From NCBI GenBank assembly GCA_042571085.1, contig JBHPGB010000004.1, positions 1 to 54,972 on the forward strand: a stretch of DNA of 54,972 bases. Reading direction: 5' to 3'. The DNA is from Patescibacteria group bacterium. Lineage in GTDB: Bacteria > Patescibacteriota > Minisyncoccia > Phycocordibacterales > JBHPGB01. The translations under genes and the position numbers were made by a program. Positions 16,564-26,019 of this stretch are shown here, piece after piece (the first letter of the stretch is position 1; each line of letters begins with the position of its first letter). The notes beneath the pieces are model-generated. The model searched no databases. It saw only the letters and a list, made by a program, of their open reading frames with translations, and was not told the DNA's origin.

Positions 16564-17367
16564 ATGATAAATAAAACTACTTCATGGGAGTATAAAGAAA
16601 GTCCAAATAAAAGAATCGGTAGAAAAAAACCATGCACCGTTTTAGTTATGCATTACACAGCCGGAGGAAACACAAATCAAATTATTAAATATTTCCAGCA
16701 ACCTGACGGAGTGTCGGCTCATTTTGTCGTTGGAAGAGATGGAAGAGTTGTACAAATGGTTAAGCTTGAAGACGTAGCATGGCACGCTGGTAACTCTGTT
16801 TGGAAGGGAGAAAAATGGGTTAATTATTTTTCAGTTGGTATTGAAATTAGCAACTGGGGGCCTTTAAAGAAGAAGGGGGAAACTTACTATTGTTGGCCCA
16901 ACAATTACAACACAATACTTAATAAAGAAGTTTTTGAAGATGATTCGGGTAATTTTTGGGAAGCTTACCCCTCTAAACAAATTAATGCTGTTATTGAGCT
17001 CTGTAAATCTATACTAGAGATCATACCAGAAATAACCTTGGAAAATGTAGTTGGCCATGAACACATTTCTCCTGGCAGAAAAACAGACCCTGGTCCCGCT
17101 TTTCCATGGGATAAAGTAAAAAAAGGATTAACAAAAGAGGTTCAAAAGGAAGAATTTGTCACAAAACCACAAACTTCGCCCCACGAAAGTTTAGAAAAAG
17201 ACAATGTTGTAACAGAGAATGTTATTGAGGAAAAAGATTTAAGTGATAAAGATTTTACTGAGCAGGTAAAAGCAAGATCTGGTAACAGAAAAGGCGGAGG
17301 GGTTTTCTTAGAACTAATAAGTCGGATTGTTCAAATTATAAGCAAGGGATTGAATAAACAAAAATAA
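16564..17367 (+). CDS. N-acetylmuramoyl-L-alanine amidase (AmpD/Amidase_2 family)
   Basis: VMHYTAG, VSAHFVVGRDG, AWHAG, SVGIEISN, VGHEHISPGRKTDPGPAFPW. Confidence 0.92.
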   Translation: MINKTTSWEYKESPNKRIGRKKPCTVLVMHYTAGGNTNQIIKYFQQPDGVSAHFVVGRDGRVVQMVKLEDVAWHAGNSVWKGEKWVNYFSVGIEISNWGPLKKKGETYYCWPNNYNTILNKEVFEDDSGNFWEAYPSKQINAVIELCKSILEIIPEITLENVVGHEHISPGRKTDPGPAFPWDKVKKGLTKEVQKEEFVTKPQTSPHESLEKDNVVTENVIEEKDLSDKDFTEQVKARSGNRKGGGVFLELISRIVQIISKGLNKQK

Positions 17368-18242
17368 TGAAAACTAAAGTTTGTAAAAAAAGAACATTTA
17401 AAAAACCAGATTATTATTTATACATAGACGATTCTGGTAGTAGGCATCCTGATAAACAAAACCTTACTGATCGTGATGACGGAATGGATAATTTTGCTTT
17501 AGGTGGTGTTTTGGTTGCCCAAAAGGATAAAAAAAATATCAAACAAAAATATGAGGCTTTCTGTGATAAATGGAACATAGATTATCCTCTACATTCATCG
17601 GAAATCCGTGGCATGAGAAATAATTTTTCTTGGTTAGAAGAGGGGGTGAAGAGGCGGGAAAATTTTTTAGAAGAGCTCGAAGAATTTTTGATATCTTTGC
17701 CTGTTGTTGGTTTTGCTAGTGTAATTTACAGACCTGGTTATAATGAGCGATACGAAAAAAAGTATGGTGATAACCGTTGGATGATGTGCAAAACAGCTTA
17801 TACTATTTTGATTGAGAGAGTTGCTAAACAATTAAAAAAAACAAATAGTACCATGCTTGTTCGTTTTGAAGAAGTTGGCAGAAGAGAAGATCGAGCAATA
17901 AGTGAATATGCTAAAGATATGAAAAATATTGGGCACCCTTTTGATGCAAATGCTTCTGCCAAATATAATGCCATTACACAAAATGAGTATAAGAAAATTC
18001 TTTTGGGTGCTCCAAAAAGAAAGAAAAAATGGAATTTGTTTATTCAGATTGCAGATTTATATTTATACCCTATGGTAAAAAGAAGATATGATCAAGAGTA
18101 CAGGCCGTGGAAAATGTTTTATAAACACGGTAAGGTTATTGATGCATATTTACCAGATGGGTGTTTAGAGGTTGAGGGTATTAAATATAGTTGTTTTGAG
18201 AATTTTAATATACCAGATAGTAAAAAACCTAAGCAAGCTTAG
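17367..18242 (+). CDS. DUF3800-family protein (RNase H-like acidic motifs)
   Basis: LYIDDSG, FALGGV, LHSSEI and IQIADL match the DUF3800 pattern (IDESG...QxAD). Confidence 0.8.
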   Translation: MKTKVCKKRTFKKPDYYLYIDDSGSRHPDKQNLTDRDDGMDNFALGGVLVAQKDKKNIKQKYEAFCDKWNIDYPLHSSEIRGMRNNFSWLEEGVKRRENFLEELEEFLISLPVVGFASVIYRPGYNERYEKKYGDNRWMMCKTAYTILIERVAKQLKKTNSTMLVRFEEVGRREDRAISEYAKDMKNIGHPFDANASAKYNAITQNEYKKILLGAPKRKKKWNLFIQIADLYLYPMVKRRYDQEYRPWKMFYKHGKVIDAYLPDGCLEVEGIKYSCFENFNIPDSKKPKQA

Positions 18243-18287
18243 GTTTTTTACCGGCTCGCAACGCGAACCCCGGGGCTTATGCCCAAT
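18222..18287 (-). ncRNA. Predicted ~66-nt structured sRNA convergent with the DUF3800 gene
   Basis: Minus-strand promoter TTGCAC (18322-18317)-17 nt-TATATT (18299-18294), two small hairpins, then terminator cctaagc-tt-gcttagg-U6 overlapping the DUF3800 stop. Confidence 0.5.
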
Positions 18288-18336
18288 ATCTATAATATAC
18301 ACAAAGTGTTGATTGAGTGCAAGTAGATTGTGGAAA

Positions 18337-18406
18337 ACTTTTTTTTGTAAAGGGGTAAAATTAATTTTAATATTAAAATTAATTTTACCCCTTTACAAAA
18401 AAAAGT
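18337..18406. repeat. Perfect 70-bp palindrome with no loop
   Basis: acttttttttgtaaaggggtaaaattaattttaat followed by its exact reverse complement. Confidence 0.85.
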
Positions 18407-18523
18407 CAATTTTTGCCGCTTGGTATAATATCAAGTTTCAGTGCCTTGTTGTGGGGTGCTCTGTAAAATAATTTAGCTTACCAAAAAATCGCCCAAAGGG
18501 CGATTTTTTGGTAAAATCTGGAT

Positions 18524-19273
18524 ATGACAAAAATAATTATCAATGCTGATGATTTTGGATATAGCAGAAGTATAAATGAGGGAATTCTGGAGGCTATTAA
18601 AAACGGGGTAGTGAGCAGTACGTCAATTATGGTTTATGGAAAAGCTGCAAGCGAAGCTGTTAAACTTAAAAATATTGATAATATTTCAGTCGGACTTCAT
18701 TTGCATATGGAAGATGTGGTATTAAGTCTCCAAGAGGAATTTGATAAACAAGTAAAGATGTTTATCAAATTGTTTGGTAGGGCTCCTGATCATGTTGATG
18801 TTCACAAGCCCCGATCATCAAATATGGAACAAATTAGCCCGCTTCTTGAAAGATATTCAGAAGAACACCAGATTCCATCTAGAGAACTAAATCATGCAAA
18901 ATCAATCAAGGGTTTTTTTGGTATTAATGTAAACGGTGGTCAAGATGTGGATTCTGAAAGAGTCAGTGTTGAGAACCTTCTGCATATTCTAGAAAATTTG
19001 GATGAAGGCGTTAGTGAGATTATGACTCATGTTGGTTATTCAGACGATGAGCTTCGGAGCATGAGTTCGTATAATGATACAAGAGAACTAGAGCTTAAGA
19101 CACTAACGGATGAGAAGGTTATCAAATATTTTAATAAAACAGACAACTTAAAATTAGTGAATTGGAAAACAGCATTCCCACATGGTGTGAGTTCGGAGCT
19201 CGGTGTTTGTGGTGATAATGATTTGAGTGCGGAACAATCAAAGAAAAAAGTGAAGAATTTGGAAAATGACTAA
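18524..19273 (+). CDS. ChbG/YdjC-family carbohydrate deacetylase
   Basis: IINADDFG, STSIMV, VGLHLH, PDHVDVH, EIMTHVG, RELEL..L. Confidence 0.88.
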   Translation: MTKIIINADDFGYSRSINEGILEAIKNGVVSSTSIMVYGKAASEAVKLKNIDNISVGLHLHMEDVVLSLQEEFDKQVKMFIKLFGRAPDHVDVHKPRSSNMEQISPLLERYSEEHQIPSRELNHAKSIKGFFGINVNGGQDVDSERVSVENLLHILENLDEGVSEIMTHVGYSDDELRSMSSYNDTRELELKTLTDEKVIKYFNKTDNLKLVNWKTAFPHGVSSELGVCGDNDLSAEQSKKKVKNLEND

Positions 19274-19808
19274 CGAAAAAATTAATTATTCTGTAAAGAA
19301 AAGTAAACGGGCGAAGCGGATGCGGTTGGCGGTGCATTGTGACGGGAGGGTGATTGTAACAGTGCCAACGGGAATGGGGGATTCACTTGTGCAGAAATTC
19401 ATAAATGAAAAGATGGGTTGGATTTCAAAAAAGATTAAGTTTTTTGAACAATATGATTTGCGTTTGGTGAGACCATATTCAAAAACTGATTATTTAAAAC
19501 ATAAAGACGTCGCAAAGACTTTGGTTGAAAAAAGAATAGAGTATTTTAATAAGAATTGTGAGTTTTCTTTTAATAGAATTTCTGTAAAAAATCAAAAAAC
19601 AAGATGGGGGAGTTGTTCAGGAAAAAAGAATTTAAATTTCAATTATAAAATAGTTTTTTTGTCACAAAAATTGCAGGATTACATTATCGTGCATGAATTA
19701 TGTCATTTGAAGGAAATGAATCATTCACGCAAATTTTGGATACAAGTAGAGAGTATCCTTCCAGATTATAAGGCAATGCGAAAAGATTTAAAAAACCACG
19801 GACTATAG
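19266..19808 (+). CDS. M48/SprT-like (YgjP/DUF45) metal-dependent hydrolase
   Basis: KTRWGSCS, LNFN, YIIVHELCHLKEMNHSRKFW. Confidence 0.9.
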   Translation: MTNEKINYSVKKSKRAKRMRLAVHCDGRVIVTVPTGMGDSLVQKFINEKMGWISKKIKFFEQYDLRLVRPYSKTDYLKHKDVAKTLVEKRIEYFNKNCEFSFNRISVKNQKTRWGSCSGKKNLNFNYKIVFLSQKLQDYIIVHELCHLKEMNHSRKFWIQVESILPDYKAMRKDLKNHGL

Positions 19809-19878
19809 GTGCACTTTTTAAATCCCGTGATATACTGATTTACATAGGGAATATAAAGCCAACAGGAGGTCAAGAGCC

Positions 19879-20070
19879 ATGTTAATTTCAAAATATGAAG
19901 ATGGGCTCGGGCAATCAGAACTTGAACCCGACACTGGTTTACAAGAAGTTCCTGTTGAACAAAAAGAGAAGAGGGACACTTCTAAAGGAGAAGTGACAAA
20001 CATCTCAAATGTAGATGAGTTTTTAGACAAACAAGAAGAAAAGGATTGTGATAGAGATGGGATTGATTAG
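19879..20070 (+). CDS. Small acidic hypothetical protein
   Basis: AGGAGG SD at 19864-19869, 9 nt before the ATG. Confidence 0.55.
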   Translation: MLISKYEDGLGQSELEPDTGLQEVPVEQKEKRDTSKGEVTNISNVDEFLDKQEEKDCDRDGID

Positions 20071-20275
20071 TACCTACACATTCATGTGACCACAAAAAGG
20101 TCATGGAAAAATCCACCGCATTAGGGCTCCAAGCCTTAGTGCGGTTTTTTACTACAATATTCCACAGATGGATTATAAAAACCTCTGCACAATCGGCTCC
20201 ACGCTATTAAAAACAAAAAATCCCATTCCTCAGCTGAGGAATGGGGGGGTGGTTTAGTTAGGGACTTTTTTTAAC

Positions 20276-20692
20276 TTAAGCTTCAAGCAGCGGAGGCAGG
20301 TATACTTCTATCAGGGTTAAAAAAGTCGAGAGCCTTTTTTCACACAAATCTTCAGAAAATTCACCCGCGTCGGTGAGTTGAGCCACACATCCTATATGCA
20401 TAGGCGTTTGTGACAAGGCAAAACTCATCCACCTTTTGTCGCCGTCCATCATTAGTGGATCTTCGTTAATATTTTTCAGTATGTTTGTAATACGTTCTTC
20501 TTTTTTCTCATCTCCAAAGATAACAAGCCAAAATCCAGTTGATGCGGATCCGTCCAATACATAAGCCTCTCCTTTAAAGACGTGTCCTGAAACAGTGTGT
20601 ATAAACCCGATGCTACCATGAGGACAAATATCTGAATTTATGTCGTGTTTACGCAGTATATTTGCCAATGTTTTAAGGTCACTCATGCCCAT
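20276..20692 (-). CDS. Hypothetical protein
   Basis: 138-aa ORF with GGGAG SD. Hairpin cccattcctcag/ctgaggaatggg (20222-20245) lies downstream. Confidence 0.6.
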   Translation of the reverse strand: MGMSDLKTLANILRKHDINSDICPHGSIGFIHTVSGHVFKGEAYVLDGSASTGFWLVIFGDEKKEERITNILKNINEDPLMMDGDKRWMSFALSQTPMHIGCVAQLTDAGEFSEDLCEKRLSTFLTLIEVYLPPLLEA

Positions 20693-20837
20693 TGTTTGCT
20701 CCCGTTATGTGATTCGTGGTAACTTCTCTGGCTCATTTATATCACCTTAAGATTTTTTGTAAAGGAATTTATTTACAATACTTTCCACCACTTTTTTTAT
20801 CTTTCTGCCCAAACCATTTTGTTGGCGTACTTGAGAA

Positions 20838-20980
20838 TACCCCGTCTGCTTGCAGCGGGGATTACAAGTGCAATAAACTGATATGCCCGGAGGGCACACT
20901 TTACCAAAAATTACCCCCGGTTCGCAGCAGGCTTCAATCGAGAATATATCATAGTTTGCTGCGAGGTAATTTATATTTTC
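20838..20980 (+). mobile_element. ~140-bp palindrome-rich element (IS200/IS605/REP-like non-autonomous), copy A
   Basis: ccccgtctgcttgcagcgggg, tgcccggagggca and aaattacccccgg...gctgcgaggtaattt. Homologous to 27764-27900 in the opposite orientation. Confidence 0.7.
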
Positions 20981-21134
20981 TTTATCTTTTATTTATCAGG
21001 ACTTCATCATTCATTTGCTATATTTACTCACAGGACAGTTACAGCCAAAAGGATTTGGCAACGGCAAAATGCCTGTGTAATCTACACGGCATTTTTTAGT
21101 TCTTTTTAATTAACAACAACACGGGAGTAATCCA

Positions 21135-21704
21135 ATGAGAAAAACAATTTCGTTTTTAGTCGTACTGGTGAGTCTGTCTGTCTCAACTAGTGCATTTGCA
21201 TTTCAGTATGCATATGCATTTCATGATCCGTTGATGCCGTCGTCGGCTTATCGTATCGATCAAGACCACAAGGAGTACAATTCAGCCTATGGTAAATACC
21301 ACATAGGTGAAGACAGGAACAGAATCAACGTACAAGAGTGTGGTGACGATGCTGGTGATGCTGTTTACTCTATAGCAAACGGACGGGTAATGTATGCGCA
21401 AAATGCTGGTCCGAGCTGGGGGAACGTTATTATCGTCCGTCATATACTACATGACATGACACGTGTTCACTCGATGTATGCGCATCTTCAGGATTCGTAT
21501 GCGTCTGTTGGGCAAGAGGTTTCCGTTGGACAGCAGATTGGTTCTATTGGTGATGCAGGGGGATATTATCCGTGTGCCCATCTGCATTTCGAGTTACGGA
21601 CTGATAGAACCCTTGAGAAAATCCCTGGTTCTGGGTATGCATATTGGGGTGATCCAATATGGAATAGCCACACAGATCCATCAGACTTCATCTCAAGTCA
21701 CTAA
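21135..21704 (+). CDS. Secreted M23-family peptidase
   Basis: Signal peptide, H-G-D (HIGED), YAHL, IGSIG, HLHFELR. GGGAG SD. Confidence 0.88.
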   Translation: MRKTISFLVVLVSLSVSTSAFAFQYAYAFHDPLMPSSAYRIDQDHKEYNSAYGKYHIGEDRNRINVQECGDDAGDAVYSIANGRVMYAQNAGPSWGNVIIVRHILHDMTRVHSMYAHLQDSYASVGQEVSVGQQIGSIGDAGGYYPCAHLHFELRTDRTLEKIPGSGYAYWGDPIWNSHTDPSDFISSH

Positions 21705-21812
21705 GGTAGTGTTGTAGGTTGTGCTTACTCCATCTCTTGCTAAAAGAGGTGGAGTTTTTATATAAACATTAACTCATTTATCAAAATAAATAAAAATGAT
21801 ACACTTCTTCAT

Positions 21813-22472
21813 ATGAATACACAAAATAAAAAAATAATTACAATATTTAAAATTGTACTGGTGATTTCTATATTGTTTCTTGTATACATCACAGCTTCTT
21901 TATATCTAATCTCAAATGAAGAACAAATACCTGATATTAAAAAACAAACAATTGAAACCGAGACAGTTGTTGAGCGGCACCCGTTAGATATAAAAAGAGA
22001 TAAAGAAATTATTTATGATGGCGACCTTTCCAAGATTGAGTGGGTTACATACGTGGACGACATGAATGGCATAAGTTTTTCACATCCATCAGATTTTACG
22101 ATTGCAATAGATGAAATAAAGCATGAATATGAAAATGGAAAAAAATGGCACTATACTTTTTTTGATAGTGATGTGCGTAAACAAAGAACAAGATTTAGTA
22201 TAAATATTAATCCTGATGGTATTGGCCCATTTTTTATAGACAAACGATACTTTATAGAAAAGAAAAATGATGGAAAAATTGCAATCTCATCAGTGATTGA
22301 TGCGACAGACCAACAGATACTAAATGACGAAATTATTTGGTCATATGCAAAATTAGATGATGATGAAAATAAATTAGATTTTCATTTTATATATGAAATA
22401 AATGGAGAGTTAGACAATGTTGATTATGATGCGATGTTTACTGAGATATTAGAATCTATTGAGATTAAATAA
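21813..22472 (+). CDS. Membrane-anchored PsbP-like surface protein
   Basis: N-terminal TM, then WVTYVDDMNGISFSHP motif. Confidence 0.65.
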   Translation: MNTQNKKIITIFKIVLVISILFLVYITASLYLISNEEQIPDIKKQTIETETVVERHPLDIKRDKEIIYDGDLSKIEWVTYVDDMNGISFSHPSDFTIAIDEIKHEYENGKKWHYTFFDSDVRKQRTRFSININPDGIGPFFIDKRYFIEKKNDGKIAISSVIDATDQQILNDEIIWSYAKLDDDENKLDFHFIYEINGELDNVDYDAMFTEILESIEIK

Positions 22473-22480
22473 TTTTAGTC

Positions 22481-22532
22481 AAAAAACTGCCAATCTAGGC
22501 AGTTTTTTGTTATTATTTATGGATTATGAAAA
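22481..22532 (+). repeat. 52-bp terminator-plus-start module, copy 1
   Basis: aaaaaactgccaatctaggcagttttttgttattatttatggattATGAAAA, 49/52 identical to 24013-24064. Confidence 0.8.
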
Positions 22533-23437
22533 CAAATAAATTATTTAACCTTAATGCAATGGCACGTGCTTTGTGTGAGAAAAAGGTTACGAAAATAGAA
22601 TTTAGAGTGTATGCAGTAGTATTTATACTTTTTTTGGTAAGTTCCTTTTTTACCAGTCCAGATGATTACGCGTCACCTTTTGTTTTTTATGCATATATTG
22701 TGTCCATGATTATATTTACATTAGCATTACTGAGTATTGCATATGTGGTAAATAAAAAAGGAGATAATAAAGATTTTTGGTATAGATTTATTAGTTTAGA
22801 TATGACAATAACTATAATTTTCATTGCTGCGATCTTTGGTATTGCATTGTTTGCCCCGATTTTTATAGACCCAGCGCAACCAATTGTGTTTGGGTGGACA
22901 TTCCTTATTTTTACAAACTCATTTAGTATTGTTTATTTGTACCTCATGTATAAATATATGCGCTGTGTATCCAGTGGGTGTAAAAATTGTGCCGAAGAAA
23001 AAATTAGCACAAAAAGAAAGTTCAAAATTTCTGACAAACTGGACTTATCTAAAGTTAGGAGATTTGCGAAGCTTTATGCTGTTGTCTATGCACTTTTTGT
23101 ATTATTGCCAACCCTTGTTTCTCTTGTAATTTCATCAGAGAATATAGTACAAGCCATTTTGCTTAATCTGATTCCGCTGAGCATTGCTTTTATCGGCCTC
23201 GCTGCTTTTGGTTGGCAAAAGAAGATCTTTGGAAGACTATTTTGGAAACTGTTTTTTATTTATTTCTTTGTAATGAACGTGTTATTTGCAATACCGGCTC
23301 AAATATTTGTACAGGATACTCATCTGATAGAAATTGTACTGATATTTGTTCTTATATTAGCTCCGGTATCACTCATACTTTATTTATACGCCTTTGAAGA
23401 TGTGCCCACTAAAAATATAATAGAAGATGAAAAATAA
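22526..23437 (+). CDS. Multi-pass membrane protein
   Basis: About 8 hydrophobic segments in two blocks separated by a Cys/Lys-rich linker. Confidence 0.7.
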   Translation: MKTNKLFNLNAMARALCEKKVTKIEFRVYAVVFILFLVSSFFTSPDDYASPFVFYAYIVSMIIFTLALLSIAYVVNKKGDNKDFWYRFISLDMTITIIFIAAIFGIALFAPIFIDPAQPIVFGWTFLIFTNSFSIVYLYLMYKYMRCVSSGCKNCAEEKISTKRKFKISDKLDLSKVRRFAKLYAVVYALFVLLPTLVSLVISSENIVQAILLNLIPLSIAFIGLAAFGWQKKIFGRLFWKLFFIYFFVMNVLFAIPAQIFVQDTHLIEIVLIFVLILAPVSLILYLYAFEDVPTKNIIEDEK

Positions 23438-23457
23438 ATACATGAACTTCATATCAC

Positions 23458-23718
23458 ATGGATGTAAAAAACAAATCACAAAAGAAAAAAAGTAATACGA
23501 GCGGATGGGATATGGATGTGATTGCCAGTATGCATATCCTTGAAATTACTTTAATTATAGTGTCTGTTCTCGTCGCCTTGGTTTCAGGTCACTATAAATA
23601 TGCCTTTTTTGGGTTGGTTTTGGTGTTAATCTTTTTGGCTCCCACTATTTTGTATTATATAGCAATGAAAACATATCCATCTGTGAAAAGATACTTCAAA
23701 AAAGTAACAAAGAAATAA
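23458..23718 (+). CDS. Small membrane protein
   Basis: Two hydrophobic segments, in operon-like arrangement. Confidence 0.6.
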   Translation: MDVKNKSQKKKSNTSGWDMDVIASMHILEITLIIVSVLVALVSGHYKYAFFGLVLVLIFLAPTILYYIAMKTYPSVKRYFKKVTKK

Positions 23719-23724
23719 AAAATT

Positions 23725-23976
23725 ATGGAAGATTTTATAATTTACATATTTTTATTTATAATTATTTCCGTTGTCATTTTGATTGAGTTTGGGCCTGGTT
23801 TTTTACCAGTTCCAACAAATGAAATGCAAAAGAAAAGCCCAATATTTTTTTGGTTTATTATTATTGTTGGTACGCTTTCTTTTCTTGTGTTTTTGATAAG
23901 TATTTTTGTGGATGTCGGTGGTTTTATAAAAATGATAGATACATTTATAAAAGAAAGCTGCTTTATATGTGATTAA
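23725..23976 (+). CDS. Small membrane protein
   Basis: Two hydrophobic segments. Confidence 0.55.
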   Translation: MEDFIIYIFLFIIISVVILIEFGPGFLPVPTNEMQKKSPIFFWFIIIVGTLSFLVFLISIFVDVGGFIKMIDTFIKESCFICD

Positions 23977-24012
23977 GTAATATGATAATTACACCACTTT
24001 AATTGCGATAAC

Positions 24013-24064
24013 AAAAAACTGCCAATTCAGGCGGTTTTTTGTTATTATTTATGGATTATGAAAA
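24013..24064 (+). repeat. 52-bp terminator-plus-start module, copy 2
   Basis: Near-identical to 22481-22532. Confidence 0.8.
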
Positions 24065-26013
24065 ATATTTCAAATAAATTAATTATAGGAATTTGCGTAG
24101 TTGTTTTAATAAGTATTGGACTTTTGGCAATGGTTTATGGGCAAACAAAAGATCAGCAAAATGATGAAGTTGTTGAGGGTGTGAGTGTTGCTGAAATACA
24201 GTATGTAAAATTAAAAGACTGCCCAGAAAAAACATATGAAGATGATTCTCTGGCATACTCAAACCCGAATTATTTTATGTGTAAGAGCTATTTAACAGAT
24301 GGTGAGTATGTATACTACCATGGTATACGGGCTGTTGCTGCGCCAGATCAGCCTCTGGCACCTAGTTTTATAGCCACATCATCTCCCAACATCCAAGACC
24401 CTAAATTGATGGGAGCGACAATTGTTGAAGGTGTGGATCTTGAAACATTTGAAATCATTTATTTTGACGAATCTTTACCAACAGCACAGCAAAATAATAT
24501 GTATTCTTATGCAAGAGACAAAGATTTTTTATACTGGGAAGGGAAGAGATTTGACGGGGTTGATCCGAATACGTTTTCCATTCTTGGTAGAGGGTTTATA
24601 AAAGACAAGGACTCTGTGTATTATTGGTGGAAAAAACTTGAAGGGTCAGATCCTGAAACTTTTGAATTTTTGTGGAGCGGTTTTGCGCGAGATAAAAATT
24701 TTGTGTATAGAAATAATCCAGAGCCAGAAATATTTGATGGAATTGATCCTGCAACTTTTGAAAAGATTGATGATGCATATTTTAAAGACAAGGACGCTAT
24801 CTATTATCGACAAAAGAAGATTGAAGGTTCTGATCCGGCAACGTTTGAATTCTTGTATGGTTATACAGGAAAAGATTCAGGTAATGCGTATGCTAAGGAT
24901 AAAAATGCAGTATATTATCTCGGAAAAAGGCTTGAGGGGGTTGATTCAGAAACTTTTGAGTTTCTGCCCAATACTTGGAGTAAAGACAAAAACTTTGTAT
25001 ATAGGTATGACGGTGAGCGAGTTGAAGGAATTGACCCGGCAACGTTTGAATTTGTCGATAAAAGTACGCAATACATAAAGGATAAAAACGGCGTTTATTA
25101 TGCTTATGGAGATAATAAAAAAATTGATGATATGGACTCGAGCACATTTAAAGTGTTAAGCGGCGGGTATGTGAAAGATAAAAATTTTGTATGGATTGCC
25201 GTTAGCGGTCGTGACCACGGCATATATTCTCATAAAAAAATAGATGGTGCTGACGCTAATAGTTTTGAAGTGATTGAGCGACAATATGCGCGAGATGCCA
25301 CGACTGTTTATTGTTCTGGTAATGTTATGGATGGGTTTGATTGGGGTAGTGTTGTAATGCTTCAGGATAATTATATTCGCGATAAGAATTTTGTTTTTCA
25401 GGGATGTAATAAGATTGAGGGGGCTGACGCAAAGTCTTTCGAAGTATTGAGTTACAAATACTCAAAGGATGATAACTCAGTGTATTACATGGGGAGTAAA
25501 ATTAATGATGCAGATGCTGGTAGTTTTGAAAAACTTACTTGTAGTTGCTCAAAAGATAAAAATAATATTTACAAAGCTGTTCAGCAAGAATCTGGATCAG
25601 TTATTTTAAAATTCGGCAATTTTGATGTTCCCACATTTCGTATCATAGGTAATTGTAATTTTGCAGATAAAAATGGTGTATATATAACAGAAGGACGTAA
25701 GATTGTTGGTGCTGATCCAAATACTTTTGAATTTCTGGGTGGAAATTATAGTAAAGATGCCTATCGTGCTTATTGGGATTATGAATCAATTGACGGAGTC
25801 GATATTGGAACATTCAGATTTAATGGTGGAAAGTTTGCTAAAGATAAAAATACTGTGTATTACGAAGGAAAAGTATATGATGATGATTTGAGGGCAAGTT
25901 TAGGACAAGTGGAAATATTAGAGGGGATACGATATCCAATAAGTGACACTCTGCCAGGACCGGTTCTTCTTGAGGAAGTTGAAATACAAGAGGTGTATCC
26001 AATCGGGCTTTAA
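24058..26013 (+). CDS. DKNYY-family repeat surface protein
   Basis: N-terminal anchor and many D(P/S)xTFE...Y(A/S)(R/K)DK(N/D)xVY repeats. Confidence 0.9.
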   Translation: MKNISNKLIIGICVVVLISIGLLAMVYGQTKDQQNDEVVEGVSVAEIQYVKLKDCPEKTYEDDSLAYSNPNYFMCKSYLTDGEYVYYHGIRAVAAPDQPLAPSFIATSSPNIQDPKLMGATIVEGVDLETFEIIYFDESLPTAQQNNMYSYARDKDFLYWEGKRFDGVDPNTFSILGRGFIKDKDSVYYWWKKLEGSDPETFEFLWSGFARDKNFVYRNNPEPEIFDGIDPATFEKIDDAYFKDKDAIYYRQKKIEGSDPATFEFLYGYTGKDSGNAYAKDKNAVYYLGKRLEGVDSETFEFLPNTWSKDKNFVYRYDGERVEGIDPATFEFVDKSTQYIKDKNGVYYAYGDNKKIDDMDSSTFKVLSGGYVKDKNFVWIAVSGRDHGIYSHKKIDGADANSFEVIERQYARDATTVYCSGNVMDGFDWGSVVMLQDNYIRDKNFVFQGCNKIEGADAKSFEVLSYKYSKDDNSVYYMGSKINDADAGSFEKLTCSCSKDKNNIYKAVQQESGSVILKFGNFDVPTFRIIGNCNFADKNGVYITEGRKIVGADPNTFEFLGGNYSKDAYRAYWDYESIDGVDIGTFRFNGGKFAKDKNTVYYEGKVYDDDLRASLGQVEILEGIRYPISDTLPGPVLLEEVEIQEVYPIGL

Positions 26014-26019
26014 ATGTGT

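Noticed and set aside
20716-21099. 127-aa ORF over element copy A
   Set aside because: Composition is atypical and it mostly reads through the palindromic element and promoter DNA, so it is not called as a gene.
24400-25870. DNA-level repeats in the DKNYY gene as a CRISPR or VNTR
   Set aside because: They are degenerate codon-level echoes of protein repeats.
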